Origin: an uncultured Candidatus Binatia bacterium
GTDB lineage: Bacteria; Desulfobacterota; Binatia; Bin18
Direction: 5' to 3'
DNA: 64,000 nucleotides
Assembly: GCA_965214605.1 (NCBI GenBank)
Contig: OZ243961.1
Span: 2,112,001 to 2,176,000 of the forward strand
Part shown: positions 10,285 to 20,308 of the stretch, one piece after another
Position numbering within the stretch: position 1 is the first letter of the stretch
How the letters are laid out: each line of letters begins with the position of its first letter
Translations under genes and position numbers: made by a program
Notes under the pieces: generated by a model
What the model was told of the DNA's origin: nothing
The model's database searches: none
What the model saw: the letters and a program-made list of their open reading frames with translations, nothing else

Positions 10285-10375
10285 AGAAACGTCGAATGAT
10301 AAAACGCAACGGTCAAAAGGAAGACACGGGAAAATACGGTTCTTCACGTGTTGACCCTTGACTTCTGAGTTCTCC

Positions 10376-11449
10376 ATGCAGCCCATCCTCCTCAACCCCG
10401 GCCCGGTTAACGTCTCCCCGTTCGTACAAGAGGCCCTTTTGGGTGGAGACCTCTGCCACCGTGAAGAAGAATTCTCAAACCTGTTGCGTGCCATCCGCTC
10501 AAAACTCCTCAAGGCCTTTGCCCACCAACACTATACCTCGGTCGTCATCAGCGGTTCAGGCACCTCAGCGGTAGAAGCAATGGTGTCCTCAGCCCTGCCC
10601 CCAGGGAAAAAACTCTTGGTCATCAATAACGGTGTCTACGGCGAGCGTATGCTACGTATGGCTAGAGCTCATAGAATACCAAGTGTCGAATTGCGCTACA
10701 GCTGGACCGAGCCACCCGACGTCGGTCAGATCGAATCCAGGCTTCAGGCTGATCCGTCTATCGGCGGTGTCGCCCTAGTCCATCATGAGACAACCACCGG
10801 ACTGTTGAATCCGGTTTCCGAGGTCGGATCCCTGACTAGGCGGCTAGACCGTGTGTTCCTCCTCGATGCGGTCAGCGCCTTGGCCGGCGAAGATCTCGAC
10901 CTTGTTCGCGACCAGGTCGATCTGTGTGCCTGTACGGCCAACAAATGTGTGCAAGGCTTGCCCGGTGTGGCCTTTGTTTTGGTTCGGTCTGCCCTGATGC
11001 GGGCTATGCAACACCACGAACCCAGCTCGCTCTCTCTTCACTTGCCTCTCCACTGGGAAGCCCAGGAACGCAACAGTGTCCCTTTTACGCCGTCGGTGCA
11101 AACCTGGTACGCCCTTAACGCCGCTCTTGATGAACTCCTAGAGGAAACTGTGGCGGCGCGTATCCAGCGCTACCGGGCGGCCTCGCAACTGCTGCGGGCA
11201 GGTTTCGATCGCCTGGGGCTGCGGTTTCTTTTGCCGCCCGAACTGCGGGTCAATTCGCTCACCGCGCTGTTCTTGCCTGACGACATGAGCTATCAAGACC
11301 TGCACGACCAACTCAAGAAACGTGGATTTGTTATCTATGAAGGTCAAGGTCAGCTCCGTCCCGATATCTTCCGGATTGCCAACATGGGGCATCTGAACCT
11401 TGACGACTTTCGCCGCTTCCTCCAAAGCCTCGAAGACGTTCTGCGCTAA
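10376..11449 (+). CDS. 2-aminoethylphosphonate-type class V PLP aminotransferase (PhnW/AepZ-like)
   Basis: ILLNPGPV, GSGTSAVEAM, NNGVYGERM, VHHETTTGLLNP, TANKCVQGLPG (PLP Lys), PFTP, GFVIYEGQG, FRIANMG. Confidence 0.88.
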   Translation: MQPILLNPGPVNVSPFVQEALLGGDLCHREEEFSNLLRAIRSKLLKAFAHQHYTSVVISGSGTSAVEAMVSSALPPGKKLLVINNGVYGERMLRMARAHRIPSVELRYSWTEPPDVGQIESRLQADPSIGGVALVHHETTTGLLNPVSEVGSLTRRLDRVFLLDAVSALAGEDLDLVRDQVDLCACTANKCVQGLPGVAFVLVRSALMRAMQHHEPSSLSLHLPLHWEAQERNSVPFTPSVQTWYALNAALDELLEETVAARIQRYRAASQLLRAGFDRLGLRFLLPPELRVNSLTALFLPDDMSYQDLHDQLKKRGFVIYEGQGQLRPDIFRIANMGHLNLDDFRRFLQSLEDVLR

Positions 11450-11474
11450 TCTTTTCAGGGCGTACGTACACGTT

Positions 11475-12212
11475 ATGAAAGCCATTATTCTTGCCGCCGG
11501 TATCGGCAAACGCTTCAAAGCTCCCACCGACCAGATCCCCAAGTGTTTAATTGAAATACAAGGTCGAACCCTCTTAGAGCGGACCTTATCCGCTCTTGGC
11601 GCGGCTGGGGTTAGCCGGGCGGTGGTAGTCGTTGGCTATCGAGGTGAGATGATTGAGAACACAATTGGGGCGAGGTGTGGCCACGTCCAGGTCTCATACA
11701 TCACCAACGCCCGCTATGATCGGGGAGCGATCCTGTCGCTATGGAGTGCCCGCCAGGAATTTGACGATGATCTCCTTATCATGGATGCCGACGTCCTGTT
11801 CCCGACCGCAATGATCAGCCGTCTGGTCGAGTCTCCCCATCCGAACTGCTTTTTGCTCGACCCCAGCACAACTCACACCGGAGAAGAACAAATGCTGTTG
11901 ACCCGTGGCGGACGGGTGGTGACAATTGTTCGGGGGGGATCTGGGGACTATGATCTAGTCGGCGAGTCCATCGGGTTTCTCAAGATTTCCCGTCAGGATG
12001 CACCTCTCCTGCGCACAATTCTTGACGATCAGATTGCCCAAGGGCGGGATACGATCGAACATGAAGAAGCCTACCCGATGTTCCTCGCTCAGCGGTTTGT
12101 CGGTTTTGAGCAGGTTGAAGATCTTCCGTGGATAGAAATAGATTTTCCCCAAGATTTAGAGCAGGCCAAGCGGGAAGTTCTGCCACGTATTCTTGCTCTT
12201 GATCGGCCATAG
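11475..12212 (+). CDS. NTP transferase, LicC/PntC-like cytidylyltransferase
   Basis: MKAIILAAGIGKRF, PKCL, IMDADVLF, GESIGFLK, WIEIDFPQDL; ATG at 11475. Confidence 0.88.
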   Translation: MKAIILAAGIGKRFKAPTDQIPKCLIEIQGRTLLERTLSALGAAGVSRAVVVVGYRGEMIENTIGARCGHVQVSYITNARYDRGAILSLWSARQEFDDDLLIMDADVLFPTAMISRLVESPHPNCFLLDPSTTHTGEEQMLLTRGGRVVTIVRGGSGDYDLVGESIGFLKISRQDAPLLRTILDDQIAQGRDTIEHEEAYPMFLAQRFVGFEQVEDLPWIEIDFPQDLEQAKREVLPRILALDRP

Positions 12213-14025
12213 GCCGAATCCTCTTGTACCCTCTCCCTTCGTTACCAAAAAGATGTTCGTGATGTCCAATCGAACGAAATGCGCCCACGAACATCTTTTA
12301 CTCCCCTCCCCCCTCAGGCCCCTAGTCCGCCTGTCTCCACCCGCCCTAGCAAGCCTGTTTGTCATTGTGGCCGGTCTCATTTTCTTTTGGCGACTGGGCG
12401 AAGGACCAATTTATCGGACCATGGAAGGGCGGGAAGCCCTCGTTATGCAAGAGATGCTGCGTACCGGCAATTGGGTGCTGCCTTTACGCAACGGAGAGAC
12501 GATTCCTTCCAAGCCGCCGTTGGTGCACTGGGTTGGTGCCGGCGTTGCCCATCTGAGCGGGGAGATGTCGGAATGGGCAGCCCGATTTCCGTGTGCTCTG
12601 TTCTCGGCCCTGAGTGTCGGCCTGACCTGTTTCCTCGGCTGTCGGGTGGCCAATCGCGAGGTCGGCATCCTGGCCTCCCTGCTTGTCCTCACCACACCTC
12701 TGTTTGTCGAAATGGCCCGTGAAGCCTGGGTGGATTCGGCCTTGGCCTTTTTTGTCCTAGCCAGCCTCACCAGTTTTGCCTGTATGTATAAAGCCGACGA
12801 ATGGCAGGGTTGGCGAAGCCTGGCCTTTGCGCTGTCCCTAGCCGGCGCAAGCCTCAGCAAAGGACCGATTGGTATCATTCTGCCCGCTCTCGTGATCGGG
12901 CTCTACCTCACGGCTCAGGGGCAACTGTCGCGCATCCGGCAGCTGTTGAGCCCAACCAACGTCGTGGTGGCCGTTGGCATTCCGCTGACCTGGTACGCGC
13001 TAGCGCTCAACCAGGAGGGGTGGGCATTTTTTCAGAAGCAGCTCCTACAGGAAAACATCCTACGCTTTACCTCTGGCTCGGGCAAACGGATCCCTTCCTC
13101 CGCTTTTTTTTTCTTGCCGTTTGTCTTAAACGGATTGCCCTGGAGCCTGCTGTTCGGCTTTGGCTTGTGGCACTTTGCCCGTCAGGCCCCCATCCGGGAG
13201 AAGGGGGTGCTGGCCCTGCTGTGGTGCCTGGCCCTCATCGCTTTTTTTTCGATCGCGGCGGGCAAGCGTGACGTCTATCTGCTGCCCCTGTACCCGGCAA
13301 TGGCATTGTTTGCTGCGGAATGGGGCTGGCCGCGGGTTCCCCGCCAGACCGCACCACTCGCCTCCTGGCTGAGCGCCGGGCTTGTCCTAACCGCTCTCGG
13401 TGCCAGCTTAGCGACGCTGTTGGCTGCAGTCTCGGTCGCCCTTGACTGTCTCACCATTGACTCGGCTGCGGTGGAGCTGGTTTTTGGCGAGGACAAATGG
13501 AAGAGTGCGGCCCGGTTCATTCGTTTTGTGGACGAGCAGCCGGTGTATGGCACGACCTTGCTGGCCGTCTTGTGCAGCTGTGGGGTGGGGGCGGTTTGGG
13601 AGACGACTCGGGGCTTTTGGCAGACAAGCCTGTGGCTGGTGCTCTGTATGCTCCTGCTGACGACCGCCGGTCTGTATCCTTTTACCCGGGCGTACGCAAA
13701 AGAGTTTAAATCCTTAACCGGCTTTGCCACTCAGATCAGCCAGGCTGTTGGAGCTGAACAGCCACTGTTCTTTTACACTCCACAGACCTACTCTTCGGAG
13801 TTTGACGAATTTTCTCAGATCTATTTTTACCTGAACCGTCCGGTTCGCCTTGCTCCGTGCGCCGAACACAGCGACTTTTCGCGCTGTCAACCTGGCTATT
13901 ACGTGCTCCGGGAGCGGTTTTGGCGGTCGCTCCAACACACCCCGAACACCCGTCTGGTGGTCGACAGTCAAAGCGGCTCAGGACCGGACGCACGGCCACA
14001 CCTGGTGCTGGTTCGACGGGATTAA
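12193..14025 (+). CDS. ArnT/PMT family (GT-C) membrane glycosyltransferase
   Basis: EGREALVMQEM..GNWVLP..NG..KPPLVHW, SEWAARFP, LSKGPIG, KRDVYLLPLYP; true start probably downstream of 12193. Confidence 0.88.
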   Translation: MLLIGHRPNPLVPSPFVTKKMFVMSNRTKCAHEHLLLPSPLRPLVRLSPPALASLFVIVAGLIFFWRLGEGPIYRTMEGREALVMQEMLRTGNWVLPLRNGETIPSKPPLVHWVGAGVAHLSGEMSEWAARFPCALFSALSVGLTCFLGCRVANREVGILASLLVLTTPLFVEMAREAWVDSALAFFVLASLTSFACMYKADEWQGWRSLAFALSLAGASLSKGPIGIILPALVIGLYLTAQGQLSRIRQLLSPTNVVVAVGIPLTWYALALNQEGWAFFQKQLLQENILRFTSGSGKRIPSSAFFFLPFVLNGLPWSLLFGFGLWHFARQAPIREKGVLALLWCLALIAFFSIAAGKRDVYLLPLYPAMALFAAEWGWPRVPRQTAPLASWLSAGLVLTALGASLATLLAAVSVALDCLTIDSAAVELVFGEDKWKSAARFIRFVDEQPVYGTTLLAVLCSCGVGAVWETTRGFWQTSLWLVLCMLLLTTAGLYPFTRAYAKEFKSLTGFATQISQAVGAEQPLFFYTPQTYSSEFDEFSQIYFYLNRPVRLAPCAEHSDFSRCQPGYYVLRERFWRSLQHTPNTRLVVDSQSGSGPDARPHLVLVRRD

Positions 14026-14206
14026 TTTGTCCCGAGCACAGACCGCCACTCGATACGGCTCGCTCAGTCTTATGATCGACGATCCGTCTGGATTCAAACT
14101 CACCTTGGCTCTCAGAGGTATTTTCGCTAATCTGACATCCCTGGGCTCATGGAGGCGTCAGTTGTTCGCACCTATTGCCTAGAACACCACAACGATAAGA
14201 GACCCT

Positions 14207-14971
14207 ATGGCTCCTGAGGCATCACCCTCTCCCTCCTCCCCTCCCCCGCTTGGAGAACGTCCGGCTGGCCTGGTACAGAGCGGCTTTACCGCTTGGCTGC
14301 GCCGGCGGCGGCGGATATTGCCCATTCCTCTGTGTGTCCTCGTGCTCATATTCCTTCCCCCCACCTACCCTCTGGCTAGCCCGAAGCTTGACTTGGTCAG
14401 CGATATCTTTGGCACAGCGGTGTGTCTGCTCGGTCAGTGGATGCGGGGCTGGGCCTGGGGGAGTAATGCCGAAGTCGGCAAATTTGGCCTACGTGAACGC
14501 GGTCCATACGCGCTTATGCGTCATCCCCTGTACAGCGGCAACTTTCTCATTGTGCTGGGATTAGTCATAGTCTACCATAACCTGTGGGTCTATCCACTCT
14601 TTCTTCTGCCCTTTGCCTATCTGTACAACGCCATTACCAAGATGGAAGAACAACGCCTACACTGGCGCTTTACCCACGACTACGAAGGCTATCGGGAAGT
14701 CGCTGTGCCCCGCTTTATCCCAGCCCTGGCGCATCTGGGCAGGGCGGTCGACACAACGCTGCCATTTGGCTGGAAGCTGGCGTGGCGAAAAGAGTACGAG
14801 TCAGTATGCGGCTGGCTAGCTGGCATTATTGGTATTCAGATCTACGAACAGGTTGAGGCGTATGGCTGGATCGTCACCTGGCCCTCCACCCGCCTGTGGT
14901 TCAGCCTCTTAGTCGTGATCGGCCTTGCCAATGTGAGTCTCAAGACGCTGGGACGCCTGTCACGGCGTTGA
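14207..14971 (+). CDS. Isoprenylcysteine carboxyl/phospholipid methyltransferase family membrane protein
   Basis: GPYALMRHPLYSG, EE..L..RF..Y..Y...VPRFIP; multiple TM helices. Confidence 0.85.
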   Translation: MAPEASPSPSSPPPLGERPAGLVQSGFTAWLRRRRRILPIPLCVLVLIFLPPTYPLASPKLDLVSDIFGTAVCLLGQWMRGWAWGSNAEVGKFGLRERGPYALMRHPLYSGNFLIVLGLVIVYHNLWVYPLFLLPFAYLYNAITKMEEQRLHWRFTHDYEGYREVAVPRFIPALAHLGRAVDTTLPFGWKLAWRKEYESVCGWLAGIIGIQIYEQVEAYGWIVTWPSTRLWFSLLVVIGLANVSLKTLGRLSRR

Positions 14972-14975
14972 ACCT

Positions 14976-15863
14976 ATGACCGCTCTCAGGCGCAAACGCC
15001 TCATCGTCAATGGCGACGATTTTGGCCTGTCCGACCGGGTCAACGAGGCGATCCTCCACGCCCATCAGCACGGGATTCTGACCAATACCAGCCTGATGGT
15101 CGGCGCTCAGGCATGGCATGAGGCGGTCGAGTTGGCAAGGGCTACACCGAGCCTTCAGGTCGGGCTCCACCTGACCCTGGTCCAAGGTCAGTCGGTCCTA
15201 TCACACCGCCATATCCCACAGCTGACCGATCACAGCGGAAATTTTCTCCATAATCCGACCCGGGCCGGGCTGCGTTACTTCTTCTCGCCCCGCGCCCGGT
15301 CTCAAGTCCAGGACGAATGTCGGGCCCAAATCGAACGCTTTCTGGCCACCGGTTTACCGCTGGCCCATATTGATGGGCACGTCAATATACATCTGCATCC
15401 CGTCGTCTTGAACAGCCTGTTGGGTCTGGCCAAGGAATATGGCGTCCGGGCCATGCGGCTGACCCAGGAAGATCTGGCCTGTAGTCTGACGCTTGATCCA
15501 CGTGCTGCGATTCGCAAACGCTGGGAGTCCTTCATCTTTATCCGCCTGGCCCGACACGCGGAAAAGAAGCTGGCCGCGGCCGGCCTTGTCTGGCCGGATG
15601 CGCTGTTTGGACTACACCAGACCGGAAGAGTGGATGAACCCTACCTGCTGAAGCTCCTGCCCCGTCTCCAAGCCGGCGTTACCGAACTATACTGTCACCC
15701 CGCCTTTCTGCCCTGCCCGGAAGTCCAGCGCTGGACACCAGGCTATCGACGAGACGTCGAGTTAGCCGCCCTGACTAGCTGGGCCGTTCGGCAGATGCTC
15801 CAACACCAGGATATTGAGCTGATTGGCTACCGAGATCTGTACCAACAGGTTCATACCGCCTGA
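14976..15863 (+). CDS. hpnK: Hopanoid biosynthesis-associated deacetylase HpnK (YdjC/ChbG family)
   Basis: LIVNGDDFGL, GILTNTSLMV, VGLHLTLV, RAGLRYFF, HIDGHVNIHLHP, TELYCHP. Confidence 0.9.
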   Translation: MTALRRKRLIVNGDDFGLSDRVNEAILHAHQHGILTNTSLMVGAQAWHEAVELARATPSLQVGLHLTLVQGQSVLSHRHIPQLTDHSGNFLHNPTRAGLRYFFSPRARSQVQDECRAQIERFLATGLPLAHIDGHVNIHLHPVVLNSLLGLAKEYGVRAMRLTQEDLACSLTLDPRAAIRKRWESFIFIRLARHAEKKLAAAGLVWPDALFGLHQTGRVDEPYLLKLLPRLQAGVTELYCHPAFLPCPEVQRWTPGYRRDVELAALTSWAVRQMLQHQDIELIGYRDLYQQVHTA

Positions 15864-15893
15864 GCGTCACCCATTCGCCCGCTATCCGGCCCT

Positions 15894-17084
15894 CTAGTCA
15901 CAGCCGGGCTCCGAGGTTTCGCTATGTGAGACGTCGGGCAAGACGTCTGCGGCGTCAATGAGCACCATCGTGCCATCCCGACGAACCCGAAAGGTATGCT
16001 CTCGCCAGCGGACGGTGTTCCCGCCTAGACTCCAGACCCAAATCCCAAACGATAAGAGATCGGTGATAAGGACAAGTCCAAACGTCGTCGTTAGGGGGAG
16101 CCTGACGCCCAGAAAATATCGCCCTAGCAGCGTGGCCGAGAGACAACGGACCGCCAGAGTCAGTCCGGACAGGACAGCTAGAGGTGTTGCCCAACCAGAC
16201 ACAAGCCCTAGCACGGCCCAGACCGTACCATACGTCACCACCGTCCCCACATAGCCGGACGGGCGGCATACGCGTTGGGTACGCGCCCAGCGCAGCTGGT
16301 GGTACAAAAGTCCCCGCAGACTCGCGACATCGGGATAGGTCTCTACAACATAGGGCAGGATGCGTGCTTGATAGCCGGCTTGAGTGGCCAAGTTCCCCAG
16401 ATAATAATCATCGGCCAGATAATCGGCCAGAGCCGCAAAGCCCCCAATCGCCTCAACGCACGAACGTGTCACCGCTATGGTCGCACCAAAGGCGTACCTT
16501 GTCCTCTCGATTTGGCTGGCAAGTAGGACAGAAGGCATAAAGGAGGTATTGATCAGCACTGATTCGAGGAGAGCGGGCAGGGGCTGTCGAGTGGCGCTGC
16601 GGTACGGACAGGTCACGACTCCAACCTGTGGGCCGCTCAGGGGAGGAATGATACGCCGGAGATAGTCCGAAGCGACCCGAACGTCGCTGTCGCTGATCGC
16701 AAAAATATCATACTTGGCCTGCTGTGACAGAGAGTGCAGGGTGCTCACCTTATAATTGCTGCCGATCACCTCGGGATTGACAACGAGCGAGATATCACAC
16801 TCTGGGAAGTCGTGCTGTAAGCGTTGGACGACTGTAATCGCGGGATCACGCGGATCGCGAACGCCGAACAATAGCTGAAAAGCTGGATAATCGATTCGAC
16901 AGAAACTCGCCAAATGCCCGTACAAGTCGGGCGTCATTCCCTTGAGGGGTTTAAAGACAGAAACCGGCGGACACGCAACTGGGGAAGCTGGAAGCTGTCG
17001 AAACAGTCGCCAGGCAGCATACACAGACAAGAGGTAATACAGACAGGCTATACATAACAAAACGGCGAAAAATGTCGTGGCCAT
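15894..17084 (-). CDS. hpnI: Bacteriohopanetetrol glucosamine glycosyltransferase HpnI (GT21-like)
   Basis: PPVSVFKPLKG, IGSNYKVS, SDSDVRV, LADYLADDYYLG, HQLRWART; directly downstream of hpnJ. Confidence 0.9.
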   Translation of the reverse strand: MATTFFAVLLCIACLYYLLSVYAAWRLFRQLPASPVACPPVSVFKPLKGMTPDLYGHLASFCRIDYPAFQLLFGVRDPRDPAITVVQRLQHDFPECDISLVVNPEVIGSNYKVSTLHSLSQQAKYDIFAISDSDVRVASDYLRRIIPPLSGPQVGVVTCPYRSATRQPLPALLESVLINTSFMPSVLLASQIERTRYAFGATIAVTRSCVEAIGGFAALADYLADDYYLGNLATQAGYQARILPYVVETYPDVASLRGLLYHQLRWARTQRVCRPSGYVGTVVTYGTVWAVLGLVSGWATPLAVLSGLTLAVRCLSATLLGRYFLGVRLPLTTTFGLVLITDLLSFGIWVWSLGGNTVRWREHTFRVRRDGTMVLIDAADVLPDVSHSETSEPGCD

Positions 17085-17137
17085 AAGGTGGACAGACAGC
17101 GAGAGGAGTAATGCTCAGTCCCTTCTGGCAAGATGTC

Positions 17138-18583
17138 CTAGGCGGGTGGTGAGGCGCTCTTCCCAGTCATCTGACGTCGGGTGCGCATGGTCCGAAAAAA
17201 ATCTTTGCCTTCTTGCCACATCCGTTTTCGTTCTTCGGAATCAGTGGCCATCTTTTTAACGGCTTTCAAGATGTAGCGGGGACGCAGATAGTAGGAGGTG
17301 TAAAACCGCTCCACCGTCGAGAATATCTCCTCGCTCGACAGATGGGGATAATTCATCACACATTTTTGATAGCCCGTCTCGTCAACCATGTCTTCCGGTT
17401 TGATGAAGCCGTGCTCCACAGCGTGGTCGTAGAAGGCGGTACCGGGATAGGGCGAAGCTAAGGAGACCTGAATCGTCTCGGGGGCCATTTCTCGGGCAAA
17501 ACGCATGGTCTCTTGCATAGTTTCCCGCGTCTCACCGGGTAGGCCCAAGATAAACGTACCGTGAATCAAAATACCAAGCTTATGGCAGTCTTTGGTAAAG
17601 CGCCGTGCGGTTTCGAGCGCAACGCCTTTTTTAATGTTCTTCAGAATCTGGGCGTTGCCGGACTCATAGCCAATAACAAACAGGCGTAGTCCGCCCTCCT
17701 TCATGATCTTGAGCGTTTCGTAGTCAACATTCGCTCGCGAGTTTGTCGACCAACAGAGGCCCAGCGGTTTGAGTCGCCGGGCGATCTCCCGCGCCCGCTT
17801 GGGGTTGGCCGTAAAGGTGTCATCGTCAAAGAAAATCTCCTTCATACCCGGAAACAGACGGACCATTTCCCGGACCTCTGCAATGACATTGTCCACCGAG
17901 CGGGTCCGATACGCGTGACCAGTAGTGACCTGAGGCCACAGGCAGAAGGTACAGCGCGCCGGGCAACCACGGCCGGTATACAGGGACACATACGGGTACT
18001 GGCAGTAGGGGCTATTATACTTCCGGAAGTCCAGATCCCGGGCATAAATAGAGGTCACAAAAGGCAGACGGTCCAACTCCTCGCTGGTCAGCGGCGTCCG
18101 ATCGAGATTGTGCACAATCTGCCCATTCTTTCGATAGCTAATACCTCGAATCTGACCCCAGTCCAGGCCCTCGGCAACCTCTTTCATCGACCAGTCAAAC
18201 TCTTTGCGAGCAGCGATATCAATGGCTGTGGACGCTTGCAGGGTCTGGGCGGGCATGGAGGTTGGATGGCCGCCCACAAAAGCGACGACCGCCCCCGGAT
18301 TGCCGTCCTTGATCATCTCCGCGGTTTGCACATCCATTTTGAACGAGGGGGTACTGGTATGCAGGACAACGAAGTCATACGCCTTGGCAATCTCCACGCT
18401 CTGCGCTTGATTGAGCCCCTCAGGTGGAGCATCAAGCACACGGCTATTTTGAATCATACCAGCCGGATAACACAGCCAAGTTGGATACCAGAAGGACCAC
18501 ACCTCCCGCGTTGCCTGATACCGAGATCCCGCCCCACCGTCGAAGTTGTCGTAAGCCGGGGGGTTTAAGAACAACGTACGCAT
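17138..18583 (-). CDS. hpnJ: Hopanoid biosynthesis radical SAM protein HpnJ
   Basis: MRTLFLNPP..FDGGAGSRYQATRE..SFWYPTWL N-terminus; CPARCTFC cluster motif followed by LWPQ. Confidence 0.95.
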   Translation of the reverse strand: MRTLFLNPPAYDNFDGGAGSRYQATREVWSFWYPTWLCYPAGMIQNSRVLDAPPEGLNQAQSVEIAKAYDFVVLHTSTPSFKMDVQTAEMIKDGNPGAVVAFVGGHPTSMPAQTLQASTAIDIAARKEFDWSMKEVAEGLDWGQIRGISYRKNGQIVHNLDRTPLTSEELDRLPFVTSIYARDLDFRKYNSPYCQYPYVSLYTGRGCPARCTFCLWPQVTTGHAYRTRSVDNVIAEVREMVRLFPGMKEIFFDDDTFTANPKRAREIARRLKPLGLCWSTNSRANVDYETLKIMKEGGLRLFVIGYESGNAQILKNIKKGVALETARRFTKDCHKLGILIHGTFILGLPGETRETMQETMRFAREMAPETIQVSLASPYPGTAFYDHAVEHGFIKPEDMVDETGYQKCVMNYPHLSSEEIFSTVERFYTSYYLRPRYILKAVKKMATDSEERKRMWQEGKDFFRTMRTRRQMTGKSASPPA

Positions 18584-18612
18584 TCCCTTCTCCTTACCTC
18601 ATCTGCATCCAA

Positions 18613-18660
18613 GTCGCCCCCTTACATAACAAAGAACGGACAGCCGGCATAGGGGGCGAC
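18613..18660. repeat. Intergenic inverted repeat, REP-like
   Basis: GTCGCCCCCT (18613-18622) and AGGGGGCGAC (18651-18660) form a perfect 10-bp inverted repeat between hpnL and hpnJ. Confidence 0.5.
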
Positions 18661-18676
18661 GGCACAGCCCGACCGC

Positions 18677-19714
18677 CTAGGGCAGTGTCTCGGGTAGCAC
18701 CGGAGGAGGCTCCTCAGCCCGCCAGGCATAGCCGGCGCGTGTCAAGAAAACCAGACCGATCCCGTTATAGACCGCCTCCCGCGCCCGTTTCAGAACCATC
18801 AGGGCCAGCCCAGCCCCGACATCGATCCCGAGCATACGGCTCAAAAAGACCCCCGCGGTCTCTCTGACGCCCAGCGCACCGGGAATCACCAGAGCCGCAG
18901 CGGTCATAGGTTGCACCATGGATTCGATAATCAGCGCCTCGACCGGACTGACCCGTATACCGATCAGGGTAAAGATAACCCAGATTTCGACCGCTCCCAG
19001 CAACCAGCCCAACAGGTGGTACAGGGTTGCGGCGAGAAAGATATGCGGATTTCTGTCGTACAGCTGGCGCAACTGGGCATCGATACGCCGGGCCCCGGCT
19101 TGCCAGCGTTGCAGGGCGGACCAGGTTGGAAACCAGCGCCCCAGACCGCGAACAAGCTTTTCCATCAGACCGCGCCGCTGCCAATGGATCAGACCCAGGA
19201 CAAAGCCGTAGGAGACCGCCATTAGCAGACCCATCACCCACCAGCTGTGCAGCCCCCAGCCAAGGCGGAACAGAAAAAACGGCAGACCTATAAGAATAAA
19301 GATGACTTGAGACACGGTCAGCGCGGTTTTAGCCGCCACAACCGAGGCCATGCCCACCTCGGAACGAATCCCACGCCGGCGTAACAAGTAGACCTTGAAG
19401 GCTTCGCCGCCGATAGAGGCGGTCGGGGTGAGGTTATTGACCGACTCTCCAGCAATCCGGCTCAGCGAGAAATACCACAGCGGGATGGGGCGAACAGAGG
19501 CGTCTTGAGGAACTAGCCACGCCCAGCCTTTGGCGTCACATGCGGCAATAGCGGCGTAGGGCAGGAGCACGATTGGGGCGAACCAACCCAGCCGAACCAT
19601 GTAGCTGACAACATCAGACAGCCCTATCGTCCATGCCAAGACGCCGAGGAGGCCCAGGCCAACAGACACGGACAACAGTTGGATGCCACGGTGTTTGCTA
19701 GTGCTAATGGTCAT
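18677..19714 (-). CDS. HpnL-like lysylphosphatidylglycerol-synthase TM/flippase-like membrane protein
   Basis: RIAGESVNNLTPTASIGGE, IPGALGVRE, KRARE; many TM helices; upstream of hpnJ. Confidence 0.82.
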   Translation of the reverse strand: MTISTSKHRGIQLLSVSVGLGLLGVLAWTIGLSDVVSYMVRLGWFAPIVLLPYAAIAACDAKGWAWLVPQDASVRPIPLWYFSLSRIAGESVNNLTPTASIGGEAFKVYLLRRRGIRSEVGMASVVAAKTALTVSQVIFILIGLPFFLFRLGWGLHSWWVMGLLMAVSYGFVLGLIHWQRRGLMEKLVRGLGRWFPTWSALQRWQAGARRIDAQLRQLYDRNPHIFLAATLYHLLGWLLGAVEIWVIFTLIGIRVSPVEALIIESMVQPMTAAALVIPGALGVRETAGVFLSRMLGIDVGAGLALMVLKRAREAVYNGIGLVFLTRAGYAWRAEEPPPVLPETLP

Positions 19715-20308
19715 GCGGGCGGGAGACTCATCAGGGCCGACTTAGGAATCTTGAGACTCCAAGCCCGCTAATTTTCGGAGCGCCGTACTCAATACGCCCC
19801 AGTCGTGAGGTCTCCGCGCACGTGCATGTCGGCAGCCACAGGGGCTGACACCGCTCAATAGCATCGGGTGAACAGGCCGGACAAATCCACCGCTTGGCCG
19901 CGGCCTCGGGACGACAAAAAACAGGCGCAGCAATGGAATGCATCCCTTTGGTTCGATAATGTCGGTCGAGTTCTTGGCCGATATCGGGCGACACCGTGCT
20001 CATATCAAACCTGGAGTTGCCTGGCGCAAGGCCAGCCAGCACGCCGAGGGGGATCGCCCGCAATGCGGCGTTATCGGCCAGAATGCTAAGCACAATCCCA
20101 TGTTGCTCGGCCAGGGACCAAGGCGTAGCCGCTCGTGTTGCACCACCCAAGCTGTCAGCCCGAGCGACTGTTCGATTGAAAACCGACGGGGAATGATCCG
20201 CCTGGGGCGAATGCTGGGCCAGCGGCAGCCCCATGTTGTCCGCACCAATAAGACCGTGCATAAGGAAAGACTACTCAAAAAGCTCAACAATAAAAACACG
20301 GCCCAACT

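Noticed and set aside
19731-20299. ORFs 19731-20261 (-), 20000-20299 (-) and 19938-20390 (+)
   Set aside because: No recognisable motif or RBS and the frames compete; could be a decayed gene or the hpnLJI promoter region
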